Source of the DNA: Patescibacteria group bacterium
Lineage (GTDB): Bacteria > Patescibacteriota > Minisyncoccia > Minisyncoccales > GWA2-38-27
Reading direction: 5' to 3'
Assembly (NCBI GenBank): GCA_020148045.1
Contig: JAHCRG010000006.1
Coordinates: forward strand, 73,909-137,908
DNA: 64,000 nucleotides
Every line of letters starts with the position of its first letter. Position 1 is the first letter of the stretch. The notes beneath the pieces are model-generated. The model saw nothing but the letters and a program-made list of their open reading frames with translations. It had not been told where the DNA came from and ran no database searches. Position numbers and translations under genes: made by a program. Of this stretch, positions 54,548 to 61,806 are shown one piece after another.

Positions 54548-55713
54548 ACAACTCAATATTTGAAAAATTTACCTTGGAGAGAAACTTAGTTTATATTTCG
54601 GTAGCAGCTGTTTTAATAGTTTTTGGACTTATATTTTATTTATTCTTTGGTCAGTTAACAAAGAACATCCAAGTTCTGACGCCTAACGGAGGTGAAGAAT
54701 GGGAAATTGGACAGGCCTATGAGATTAGCTGGGAGGCAAAAGGATTGGAAAAAGTTGGCATTGTTTTGTTTAAAGGAATAGAGCCAAAATGGATTGCCAA
54801 AGATGTTGAAGCTGATTTAGGAAAATACGAATGGGAGATTTACCCCGGCCAAGAATACGGGGATGATTACTGGATTGTTGTTTTTGAATATCCCTGGCAA
54901 AAAGGCAATGAAATAGATTATTCAGATGGAGCTTTTGTAATTACTTATCCAGAACTTGCCAGTTGTGATGGCTTATCTATTGAGGGTGGATGGCCCTATC
55001 TGCCGAGCGATTTGCCAAATCTAAGAAGGGTTTTTATTACGGAAGAGAGTTTTACCGGAAATTTAGACGGGCTTCAAGGAGCTGACCAGAAATGTCAAGA
55101 AGAAGCTGAAAAACAGGGCTTTGATGGAAAATGGCAGGCCTTTCTTGGAGGGGATAGCGATGAGGATTTAGCCATTGAGAGATTAAAAAGAACTCCCAGA
55201 GAGACAGATGGCATTTTTGTTGTCGCTATTCCAGCTGCCACCCTGATTAGAGGAGCAACTTGCCATCGGCTTCTGGGAAAAAACTTTGATGAGTTTTTAG
55301 AGAAATTTTTAGACCTTGTAATAATTAATGAGGAAAAGTTAGAAAAGGATTTTCTGGAAGATATGAAAAATCTCTGGCTGGGACGTCTTGATGAAGAGAG
55401 TAAAAAAAATTGCATTACCATTGCTGCTGCCCTTTTAGCTCCCTACAAACCTCTTGCTGAAAAATACAGCTTTACAACCACCTGCCAAAACTGGACTCAA
55501 GAAAATAAGTTAGTTCAGGGTTACCCTGTGCCTGGAGGAGAACCAAAACCGTCGTTTCCCACCTGCTATACTTTGGCAGGGAAATCTACTGATGCAGTTG
55601 CTTTGGGTGGATTATCTTCTGGTTTAACAGGCAAGGACAAAGATGCTGCCTTTACTCTTTACCAAGGAAAATACTGTGACACTCAGCAGAAGCTTCTCTG
55701 TATTGAGAAGTAG
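54544..55713 (+). CDS. membrane-anchored extracytoplasmic Cys-containing protein (possible DUF1554-like region)
   Basis: N-terminal TM. VFITEESFTGNLDGLQGADQKCQEEAEKQGF.GKWQAFLG resembles the DUF1554 pattern, recalled from memory. ATGA overlap with 53903..54547. Confidence 0.5.
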   Translation: MNNSIFEKFTLERNLVYISVAAVLIVFGLIFYLFFGQLTKNIQVLTPNGGEEWEIGQAYEISWEAKGLEKVGIVLFKGIEPKWIAKDVEADLGKYEWEIYPGQEYGDDYWIVVFEYPWQKGNEIDYSDGAFVITYPELASCDGLSIEGGWPYLPSDLPNLRRVFITEESFTGNLDGLQGADQKCQEEAEKQGFDGKWQAFLGGDSDEDLAIERLKRTPRETDGIFVVAIPAATLIRGATCHRLLGKNFDEFLEKFLDLVIINEEKLEKDFLEDMKNLWLGRLDEESKKNCITIAAALLAPYKPLAEKYSFTTTCQNWTQENKLVQGYPVPGGEPKPSFPTCYTLAGKSTDAVALGGLSSGLTGKDKDAAFTLYQGKYCDTQQKLLCIEK

Positions 55714-55722
55714 CTAAAACCC

Positions 55723-55751
55723 TTGACAAGCGTTTAGATAGAAGCTAATAT
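55723..55751 (+). promoter_or_regulatory. promoter TTGACA-17-TAATAT for rplJL
   Basis: -35 at 55723..55728, -10 at 55746..55751. Confidence 0.6.
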
Positions 55752-55770
55752 AACCTATATTAATGATTAT

Positions 55771-55853
55771 CCGCAGACAGCAGGCAAGTTAAGACCTGCC
55801 GAGGAGTTATAGAAATTAATTCTCTGTTGTCTGTGGTTAACCCACAGATTTTT
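55771..55853 (+). promoter_or_regulatory. L10-leader-like autoregulatory attenuator upstream of rplJ
   Basis: Long-range helix CAGACAGCAG (55774..55783) / CTGTTGTCTG (55824..55833) encloses hairpin GCAGG-N10-CCTGC. It competes with terminator TCTGTGG-TTAAC-CCACAGA plus TTTTT (55830..55853). Confidence 0.55.
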
Positions 55854-55861
55854 AATTTAAA

Positions 55862-56377
55862 ATGGCTTTAACTAAAGAACAAAAACAAAGAATTGTTGAG
55901 GAATTAAAAGAAAACATTGATAAGCAAAAATCAATGGTTTTTGTGGCAATTGAAGGTTTAAAAGCAGCAGATCTTTTTGATTTAAGAAAAAGATTAAAAG
56001 CAGCTGATTGTTTATTAATCGTTGCCAAAAAAACCTTATTAGATATAGCTTTTAAAGAAAGAAAAGTTGGGATTGACCTGGAAAAATTAGCAGGCCAGGT
56101 TGCTTTAGTTTTTGGTTTTAAAGATAAAATATCTCCAGCTAAAATCCCTTATAATTTTTCATTGGAAAATAAGAACTTAAAAATCTTAGGAGGATTTTAT
56201 GAAAATAAACTTAGAGATATTGAAGAAATTATTACTTTAGCAAGGATACTGAGCAGAGAAGAACTTTTGGCAAGGGTCGTTGGAAGCATTTCTGCTCCAA
56301 TTTCGGGATTTGTAAATGTTTTACAAGCCAACATTAAAGGTCTAATATACATTTTTAAACAAATTAAAACACAATAA
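55862..56377 (+). CDS. rplJ: 50S ribosomal protein L10
   Basis: MALTKEQK..IVEELKE.......V.V...GL.A.....LR..L; precedes rplL. Confidence 0.9.
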   Translation: MALTKEQKQRIVEELKENIDKQKSMVFVAIEGLKAADLFDLRKRLKAADCLLIVAKKTLLDIAFKERKVGIDLEKLAGQVALVFGFKDKISPAKIPYNFSLENKNLKILGGFYENKLRDIEEIITLARILSREELLARVVGSISAPISGFVNVLQANIKGLIYIFKQIKTQ

Positions 56378-56381
56378 AATT

Positions 56382-56819
56382 ATGACAGAAGAAATAAAAA
56401 AAGAAGAAAAAGAAGAGGAAAAAGTTGAAGTGCCAAAGAAATTTAAGGCGCTTGTTGAAGAGATAGAAAAGCTCTCTGTTTTGGATTTGGCGGAATTAGT
56501 TAAGATTTTAGAGAAGAAATTCGGAGTTTCAGCTGCAGCTCCGGTTGTAGCAGCTCCTGTCGGTCAAGCTCCGGCTGGCGCTGAAGTAGCCGAAGAAAAG
56601 AGCATCTTCAATATTGAGTTAACTGGAGTAGGGGAGAAGAAAATTGAGGTAATTAAAGTGGTTAGAGATGTTATGGAAAAAGGCCTCAAAGAGGCAAAGG
56701 ACTTGGTTGATGCAGTAGCAAGCGGCGCTCAAATGATTAAAGAAAACGTCAAAAAAGAAGAAGCAGAAGAAATCAAAAAGAAATTTGAAGCAGCCGGCGC
56801 CAAAGTGGAACTGAAATAA
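56382..56819 (+). CDS. rplL: 50S ribosomal protein L7/L12
   Basis: LSVLDLAELVK.LE.KFGVSAAAPV; EKKI.VIK.VR.....GLKEAKDLV......IKE.V.KEEAEEIKKK.E.AGAKVELK. Confidence 0.95.
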   Translation: MTEEIKKEEKEEEKVEVPKKFKALVEEIEKLSVLDLAELVKILEKKFGVSAAAPVVAAPVGQAPAGAEVAEEKSIFNIELTGVGEKKIEVIKVVRDVMEKGLKEAKDLVDAVASGAQMIKENVKKEEAEEIKKKFEAAGAKVELK

Positions 56820-56838
56820 GATAAAGAAAAGAGTAATT

Positions 56839-56875
56839 AGCAACTTGGAAACTCGGTTTCCAAGTTGCTTTTTAA
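56839..56875 (+). terminator. rho-independent terminator after rplL
   Basis: AGCAACTTGGAAAC-TCG-GTTTCCAAGTTGCT followed by TTTTAA. Confidence 0.8.
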
Positions 56876-56939
56876 TTCCCCTTGAAATTTTTAGGAAATA
56901 GAGTTAACTTGAAAGTAGGTAAACTAAGACCATTCATTT

Positions 56940-57299
56940 ATGAATCCTTATCAAGAAAAAATTAAAATCTTTTGCGAGGAAAGAAATTGGAATCAGTTTC
57001 ACAATCCAAAAGATATTTTATTAGGTATTGTTGAAGAAGTTGGCGAATTTAGAAATATAGTTAAATGGGAGCAAAACCCAGAAGTAGTTAAAAAGCTTCT
57101 TTTTGAAAAAAGGGAAGAAGTAAAGGATGTTGTTGGCGATATATTCTGGTTTTTATCATTGTTGGCAAATAGCTGTGATGTTGATATTGATAAAGCAATT
57201 CAGATGACTATTGAAGATAATAAAAAGAGGTTTCCTATTGAGGAGACAAAAGACAAACACACAAATATCTATCTTGGAGGACACGATGGGAAGTATTAA
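56940..57299 (+). CDS. MazG-like nucleotide pyrophosphohydrolase (single-domain, 119 aa)
   Basis: F.EERNW.QFHNPKD..LGIVEEVGEF......E......EE..DV.GD.FW.L..LAN...VD.D.A....I..N..R.P (EExxE/D metal motifs). Confidence 0.75.
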   Translation: MNPYQEKIKIFCEERNWNQFHNPKDILLGIVEEVGEFRNIVKWEQNPEVVKKLLFEKREEVKDVVGDIFWFLSLLANSCDVDIDKAIQMTIEDNKKRFPIEETKDKHTNIYLGGHDGKY

Positions 57300-57432
57300 T
57301 AAACCTATGAAAGAAAAAATTAAGAAAATAGACTTGACACAGTTTTCGCCGGTGGTCAGGGGGCCAGAAGTAAACGAGGCACAAAAGTTAACTGGCAACG
57401 TTATAAATAAATTTAATACAATTATTACATGA
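57286..57432 (+). CDS. possible 48-aa ORF bridging the MazG-like gene and 57429..58307
   Basis: GGAGGA 4 nt before the ATG at 57286. Overlaps the MazG-like 3' end by 14 nt, and its stop overlaps the next ATG (ATGA). No homology recognisable. Confidence 0.3.
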   Translation: MGSINKPMKEKIKKIDLTQFSPVVRGPEVNEAQKLTGNVINKFNTIIT

Positions 57433-58307
57433 ACGAAGATCTTCCAACAGAAAATGAAATAGAGGTCATAGAGAATGAGATTCCTGATTCTCCCAGGGAA
57501 TTTCATCTCGAAATGCCATTATATAAAGAAATTATTATCACGGAGGAAAATCTAAAGAAAATCTCTGAACTGATCGATTTTAGTGGCACAATCGATGCTT
57601 ATTGTATTTATTGTGAAAAAGAAAGCGTATTTGAGAATTACGTTAGACCTGGTTTTGGGATCCCCGCTCTTAGGGCTCATGCGAAAAGTGAGTCGGAGAA
57701 ATATTTCGGAACTTCATATATCTGTAGCCGGAGTAGGGCACATGAATACACTTCATACTTTCGAATTTGCGGTTCGGTGATACAAAAAGTAGGTCAATTT
57801 CCCTCTGTTGCCGACCTTCAGATTCCGCAAATTCAGAAATACCGCAAACTATTAGGAAATGAAAAATATAAGGAATTCACTCGAGCATTAGGATTAGCTG
57901 CACATGGAGTAGGAATAGGATCTTTTGTTTATCTAAGGAGAATTTTTGAAGACCTTATTGAAAAGGCTCATTCTATTGCATCTCAAAATCCTGAATTTAA
58001 CGAGAGTGAATATAAGAGTGGTCGAATTGAAGAGAAAATTTCACTCTTAAAAGATTTTCTCCCCGAATTTTTAGTTAAACATAAATCTATTTACAGTATT
58101 TTAAGTAAGGGTATTCACGAACTCAGCGAGGAAGAATGTCTTAAACATTTTAACCCAATAAGAGTTGGTATTGAGTTAGTTCTTGACAAGAAACTTAAAG
58201 AGCTTGATGAGGAAAAGAAAGAAAAAGAGGCAAGCGAGACTATTAGTAAAATAACAACCGAACTCAAAACTGATAGTACTGACCAAGATAGCTCACCTGG
58301 GGATTAA
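57429..58307 (+). CDS. 292-aa hypothetical protein with a Cys/His cluster and a helical C-terminal domain
   Basis: CIYCEKES...ICSRSRAHEYTSYFRIC; C-terminal helical region ..YSILSKGIHELSEEECLKHF..; acidic or low-complexity termini. Confidence 0.6.
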   Translation: MNEDLPTENEIEVIENEIPDSPREFHLEMPLYKEIIITEENLKKISELIDFSGTIDAYCIYCEKESVFENYVRPGFGIPALRAHAKSESEKYFGTSYICSRSRAHEYTSYFRICGSVIQKVGQFPSVADLQIPQIQKYRKLLGNEKYKEFTRALGLAAHGVGIGSFVYLRRIFEDLIEKAHSIASQNPEFNESEYKSGRIEEKISLLKDFLPEFLVKHKSIYSILSKGIHELSEEECLKHFNPIRVGIELVLDKKLKELDEEKKEKEASETISKITTELKTDSTDQDSSPGD

Positions 58308-58352
58308 AAGGAAATTAAGGACGTTTCTGATTTTTGGATTCTAAACAAAAAA

Positions 58353-58375
58353 GCCCGTCGCCGGGCGATTTTTAT
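58353..58375 (+). terminator. terminator (GCCCG-TCGC-CGGGC plus GATTTTTATTT)
   Basis: Short GC stem and T run. The tail GGGCGATTTTTATTT is identical to the one at 58893..58907. Confidence 0.55.
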
Positions 58376-58383
58376 TTCTGGAC

Positions 58384-58411
58384 TTGACATCCTGTTTTTA
58401 AGTTGTAGAAT
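58384..58411 (+). promoter_or_regulatory. promoter TTGACA-16-(TGt)TAGAAT
   Basis: -35 at 58384..58389, -10 at 58406..58411. Confidence 0.6.
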
Positions 58412-58521
58412 AACGCATAGAAGAATAGGAAGACTGCAAAACATAAATAACTAAAGCGAAAGCGGTCTTTATGTTTGAAGAAAGGTCGAAAAAAAATTTA
58501 AATTTAATCAATTATAAAAAG

Positions 58522-58851
58522 ATGAAAAAATTAATTCTATTTGGAGTAATAGCAACTTTGTTAATGCTATCAGTAGGAACTGTGATGGCGCAACCAGGTC
58601 CTTGGAAATCTAAGAGTAATAAAGTAGAAACGATTCCTTACTATAATGGCGAGACTTTATTAAGAAAATGGACTGGAGACGGAGGTTTTCAGCTTTGGAT
58701 AACCGGAAATAGAGAGTTGCATTGTGTATATAAGTTGGTAGGACAAAATGACGGAGATGGTTGGAGCGGACCATCAACCTGGATGAAGTACGACATTACA
58801 CATGGCGGAAACGGACTTGACTATCTGTATAAATGTGAACCCTATGAATAG
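58522..58851 (+). CDS. small secreted protein (109 aa) of unknown function
   Basis: Sec-type signal MKKLILFGVIATLLMLSVGTVMAQP. The start at 58522 is preferred over the tracked 58471. Confidence 0.6.
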   Translation: MKKLILFGVIATLLMLSVGTVMAQPGPWKSKSNKVETIPYYNGETLLRKWTGDGGFQLWITGNRELHCVYKLVGQNDGDGWSGPSTWMKYDITHGGNGLDYLYKCEPYE

Positions 58852-58882
58852 GTAAATCCTTTTTATATCAGAGCCGCAAAAA

Positions 58883-58906
58883 ATCGCCCAGTGGGCGATT
58901 TTTATT
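58883..58906 (+). terminator. rho-independent terminator
   Basis: ATCGCCC-AGT-GGGCGAT followed by TTTTTATTTT. Confidence 0.7.
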
Positions 58907-58974
58907 TTAATTTCTGTTTTTATATCTCTATTTTGTCCGAGGTCCGACCTCGGGCAGTTTTGTTATATAAAAGC

Positions 58975-59003
58975 TTGACAAAAGTTTTAAAGTTTGCTAT
59001 AAT
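58975..59003 (+). promoter_or_regulatory. consensus promoter TTGACA-17-(TGc)TATAAT
   Basis: -35 at 58975..58980, extended -10 at 58995..59003. No credible ORF follows. Confidence 0.6.
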
Positions 59004-59009
59004 GTTGTT

Positions 59010-59101
59010 TAGAAAGAGAAAAGGGGTATTATATCTGGGCACCGGGTTAGATTGGTTTTTCCTCCCTAATTTTGGTGTCCAGATATAATCTCCCTTTTTT
59101 A
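59010..59101 (+). ncRNA. candidate ~90-nt small RNA (promoter-to-terminator unit)
   Basis: Long hairpin GGGGTATTATATCTGGGCACC / GGTGTCCAGATATAATCTCCC (59023..59094) followed by T6. The apical loop carries UUUUUCCUCCCUAAUUUU. Confidence 0.4.
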
Positions 59102-59332
59102 TTTGGGGCTGTGGATGAACTGTGGAAAACTTTGCTTGACTAGATCTACTGACTCATAATAAGATTATCTATTGTGGGTCTTTACTATCTAGAGGAGGAA
59201 CTAGATTAAAAATTTTGTTTTTAAAAACTAAAGTTTATAAAAAAAGATTTATAGGAGTTCGAACCTTAGTATATAATTTTTTGTATATTAAAGCTTGAAC
59301 TCCTTTTTTATTTGGAGTAAAGGTCGATCAAG

Positions 59333-59414
59333 AGTGGCTTACCCTAAGTTCTCCGGTCCTAGCTAGGAGGATGATAGGGGAAGTGCCTAGGTGGAGGACC
59401 TAAGGCAAGCCACT
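59333..59414 (+). promoter_or_regulatory. 82-nt multi-helix structure in the leader of the fibre cluster
   Basis: AGTGGCTT (59333..59340) pairs with AAGCCACT (59407..59414). CCCTAAGTTCTCC (59342..59354) pairs with GGAGGACCTAAGG (59393..59405) at 11 of 13 positions. Apical CCTAG/CTAGG pairing. Confidence 0.45.
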
Positions 59415-59444
59415 TAATTATTAATTAATTAACATAAAACTAAA

Positions 59445-60578
59445 ATGAAAAAAATTGCAATTAGTTTAGGTATTATTGGAGTAGTTGCCGCCATTGTCAT
59501 CGGCGCCACCACTGCTTATTTCAGCGACACTGAAACCAGCACTGGGAATACTTTAACAGCTGGAGTTATTGATATTGTAGTTGATGACCTAAATCCATGG
59601 GAAGCAAGTTTCTCTGAAGAGTTAAAGGATATGAAGCCTAGTTATACTAGATATATAGAATTTACAGTTAGAAATTTGGAAGATAGCAACCCAATTAATC
59701 TTTGGAAACATATCAATATTACTGAGCAGAGTGATGGAGTTATAACAGAGCCAGAGTGTGACGAAGGAAACGGAACATGGGATCAAGCAGGTCAGACATG
59801 TATAGGAGAGTATAAACCAAGAAACAATCTTGCTGCCTACATTATCTATGATATGTATGTGTGCAGAGATCCTCTAGAACAAGAATGTGAGACGGATGTA
59901 GATGGTAAGCCTACTACTGGAAGGTGGGAGCCAATTATTACAGAAGACCAGTATGTTCGACTTGATAATATCAGCTCTATTTGGATTTATTTAGGTCAAT
60001 TAGTTCCAACTAAAGAATTGAAAGTAGTGCAGAGTTATCATTTGAGGTCTTGGCCAGGCGCTTTAGAGCCAGAAGTGACCAACTGGGCACAGGGTGATGT
60101 ATTGACATTTGACATTGAGTTAATGGCAACTCAGTTAAATGCTCCGGGTCCAAAAGGCGCACAAGCTTCTCTTAATATGGTAGGTAAAGACCCAACAACT
60201 TGGGAGGAAATTCTAGATGGATCTGGTATATTAACATACAATACTTCGGGTCCGACTTTCAATTATAATTTTAGCGGAACTGGACTTAACAATATTAAGT
60301 ATTGTTTAATCTACTATGCTGATCCATGGCCAGGGAATAATCCAGGTGCTTTGATTGCTAGTGGAACAGCGACTGCTAATAATCTTAGCCTGATAGGTTC
60401 TTATAACTTTGGATATGACTTACCAAATGCTAGTGATCAAAACGCTCCAGCTGGTGCAAAGATTTGGTTGGTTCCATGTGATGACTATGATGACACTACG
60501 AAGAGTATGAAGGCATGGTCACCAAGCACGTATTTGTTTGAAGAGAATTTGATTCAGTACGACGACACTGATAACTAA
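59445..60578 (+). CDS. TasA/camelysin-like secreted protein with a SipW-type signal peptide (large subunit, 377 aa)
   Basis: MKKIAISLGIIGVVAAIVIGATTAYFSDTETSTGNTLTAGVIDI; C-terminal-strand motif QGDVLTFDIELMATQ; extra ~150-aa C-terminal domain. Confidence 0.7.
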   Translation: MKKIAISLGIIGVVAAIVIGATTAYFSDTETSTGNTLTAGVIDIVVDDLNPWEASFSEELKDMKPSYTRYIEFTVRNLEDSNPINLWKHINITEQSDGVITEPECDEGNGTWDQAGQTCIGEYKPRNNLAAYIIYDMYVCRDPLEQECETDVDGKPTTGRWEPIITEDQYVRLDNISSIWIYLGQLVPTKELKVVQSYHLRSWPGALEPEVTNWAQGDVLTFDIELMATQLNAPGPKGAQASLNMVGKDPTTWEEILDGSGILTYNTSGPTFNYNFSGTGLNNIKYCLIYYADPWPGNNPGALIASGTATANNLSLIGSYNFGYDLPNASDQNAPAGAKIWLVPCDDYDDTTKSMKAWSPSTYLFEENLIQYDDTDN

Positions 60579-60601
60579 ATAATCTAAAAGATTAGGATAA
60601 T

Positions 60602-60628
60602 GCTGAAGGGAGGTTACCTCCCTTCAGC
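60602..60628 (+). promoter_or_regulatory. intercistronic 12-bp stem-loop (GCTGAAGGGAGG-TTA-CCTCCCTTCAGC), no U tract
   Basis: Perfect inverted repeat between the first two fibre genes. Confidence 0.6.
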
Positions 60629-60646
60629 GAAGTCCAGTATGAAAGT

Positions 60647-61285
60647 ATGAAAAAGATACTTGTTAGTTTAAGTATTATTGGAGTTGTTGCTGCAGTGGTT
60701 ATTGGAGCAACGAGCGCTTATTTTTCTGATACTGAAACCAGCACTGGGAATACTCTCACCGCTGGGACTTTAGATTTACAAGTGGTATTTCCGTATGGCG
60801 GGGAACCTTATGCTGGTTTTCCCGGAACCCAAACTTATAATGGAGAGAATATTCCTCCAGTTGAAATTAACGATGTAAAGCCAGGAGATGAAGGCGTATT
60901 AAGATACCATATCAATAATATTGGTACTATTGGAGGAGAGATTTCAATAACCTTATCTAATGTAACTAACTCTCCTGGTGCTACTCCAGAACCAGAACTC
61001 ACCCCTGATAATGGAGAATTAGGGGCTAATTTAGTGATAAATATTTGGTATGGAGATGAAGGTGAGTACCCAGATTATTCAAACCATGTTGTTACGGACA
61101 CTATCATTAACGATTTAAATAACATCAAATATTTGCTTGGTGATTTAACGGCAGAAGGCGACCCAACCACTACTGATGGCAAAGACATTATGATTGAGTG
61201 GAAATTACCTTTAAGCGTTGGGAATGAGGTTCAAGGAGATATTGTCACTTTTGATATTGATTTAAACCTGGAACAAAAAGATTAG
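60647..61285 (+). CDS. TasA/camelysin-like secreted protein with a SipW-type signal peptide (small subunit, 212 aa)
   Basis: MKKILVSLSIIGVVAAVVIGATSAYFSDTETSTGNTLTAGTLDL; VKPGDEGVLRYHINNIG; QGDIVTFDIDLNLEQ. Confidence 0.75.
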   Translation: MKKILVSLSIIGVVAAVVIGATSAYFSDTETSTGNTLTAGTLDLQVVFPYGGEPYAGFPGTQTYNGENIPPVEINDVKPGDEGVLRYHINNIGTIGGEISITLSNVTNSPGATPEPELTPDNGELGANLVINIWYGDEGEYPDYSNHVVTDTIINDLNNIKYLLGDLTAEGDPTTTDGKDIMIEWKLPLSVGNEVQGDIVTFDIDLNLEQKD

Positions 61286-61286
61286 A

Positions 61287-61799
61287 ATGAAACCATTTAA
61301 AATAATATATTACATTATTATTGCTTTTATTGGAGCAATTGCAGTTTTGTTGGTGGTTTCAGTTTTTCCCATTACTGGGAATTATAAAGTAATGATTGTT
61401 CAGTCAGGTTCAATGGCGCCAGAAATTAAGATGGGAAGTATAGTGATGGTAAAACCAACAGATGATTATAAGATTGGCGAGGTAATTACTTTTCAAGTGG
61501 GAAGGAACAAAGAGCCAATTACTCACCGAATTCACGATATCAAAGTTGTTGGGGGCGAGCCCCGCTATATTACCAAAGGTGATGCAAACAATGCCCCAGA
61601 CCAGAGGGAGATTTCCCAGAGAGAGATTGTTGGCAAGGTTTTATTTGATATTCCTTATTTAGGATATGTAGTAGATTTTGCTCAAAAGCCCATTGGTTTT
61701 AGTTTAATTATTATTATTCCGGGTGCTGTCATTATTTTTGATGAAGCAAGGAAAATTTATGAAGAGATTAAAAAAAAGAAAGCCAAAAAAGCAGAATAG
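61287..61799 (+). CDS. SipW-like (archaeal/ER-type) signal peptidase I, family S26
   Basis: N-terminal TM, SGSMAPEI (Ser), ITHRIHD (His), TKGDANNAPD, C-terminal TM plus a basic tail. Confidence 0.75.
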   Translation: MKPFKIIYYIIIAFIGAIAVLLVVSVFPITGNYKVMIVQSGSMAPEIKMGSIVMVKPTDDYKIGEVITFQVGRNKEPITHRIHDIKVVGGEPRYITKGDANNAPDQREISQREIVGKVLFDIPYLGYVVDFAQKPIGFSLIIIIPGAVIIFDEARKIYEEIKKKKAKKAE

Positions 61800-61806
61800 G
61801 GGAGTT

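Noticed and set aside
58891-59088. 65-aa ORF (GTG start) in the 58.9-59.1 kb noncoding region
   Set aside because: It has no SD or leaderless promoter geometry and a low-complexity hydrophobic start. It runs through two terminator hairpins and a consensus promoter, so the region is better explained as a noncoding unit.
59333-59414. Leader structure considered as a c-di-GMP riboswitch (GEMM) or SRP RNA
   Set aside because: I could not find the conserved GEMM-I core (ACGCAAAGC / GGCAAACC tetraloop-receptor features) or the SRP domain IV GGAA/AGCA motifs. It is kept only as an unclassified structure.
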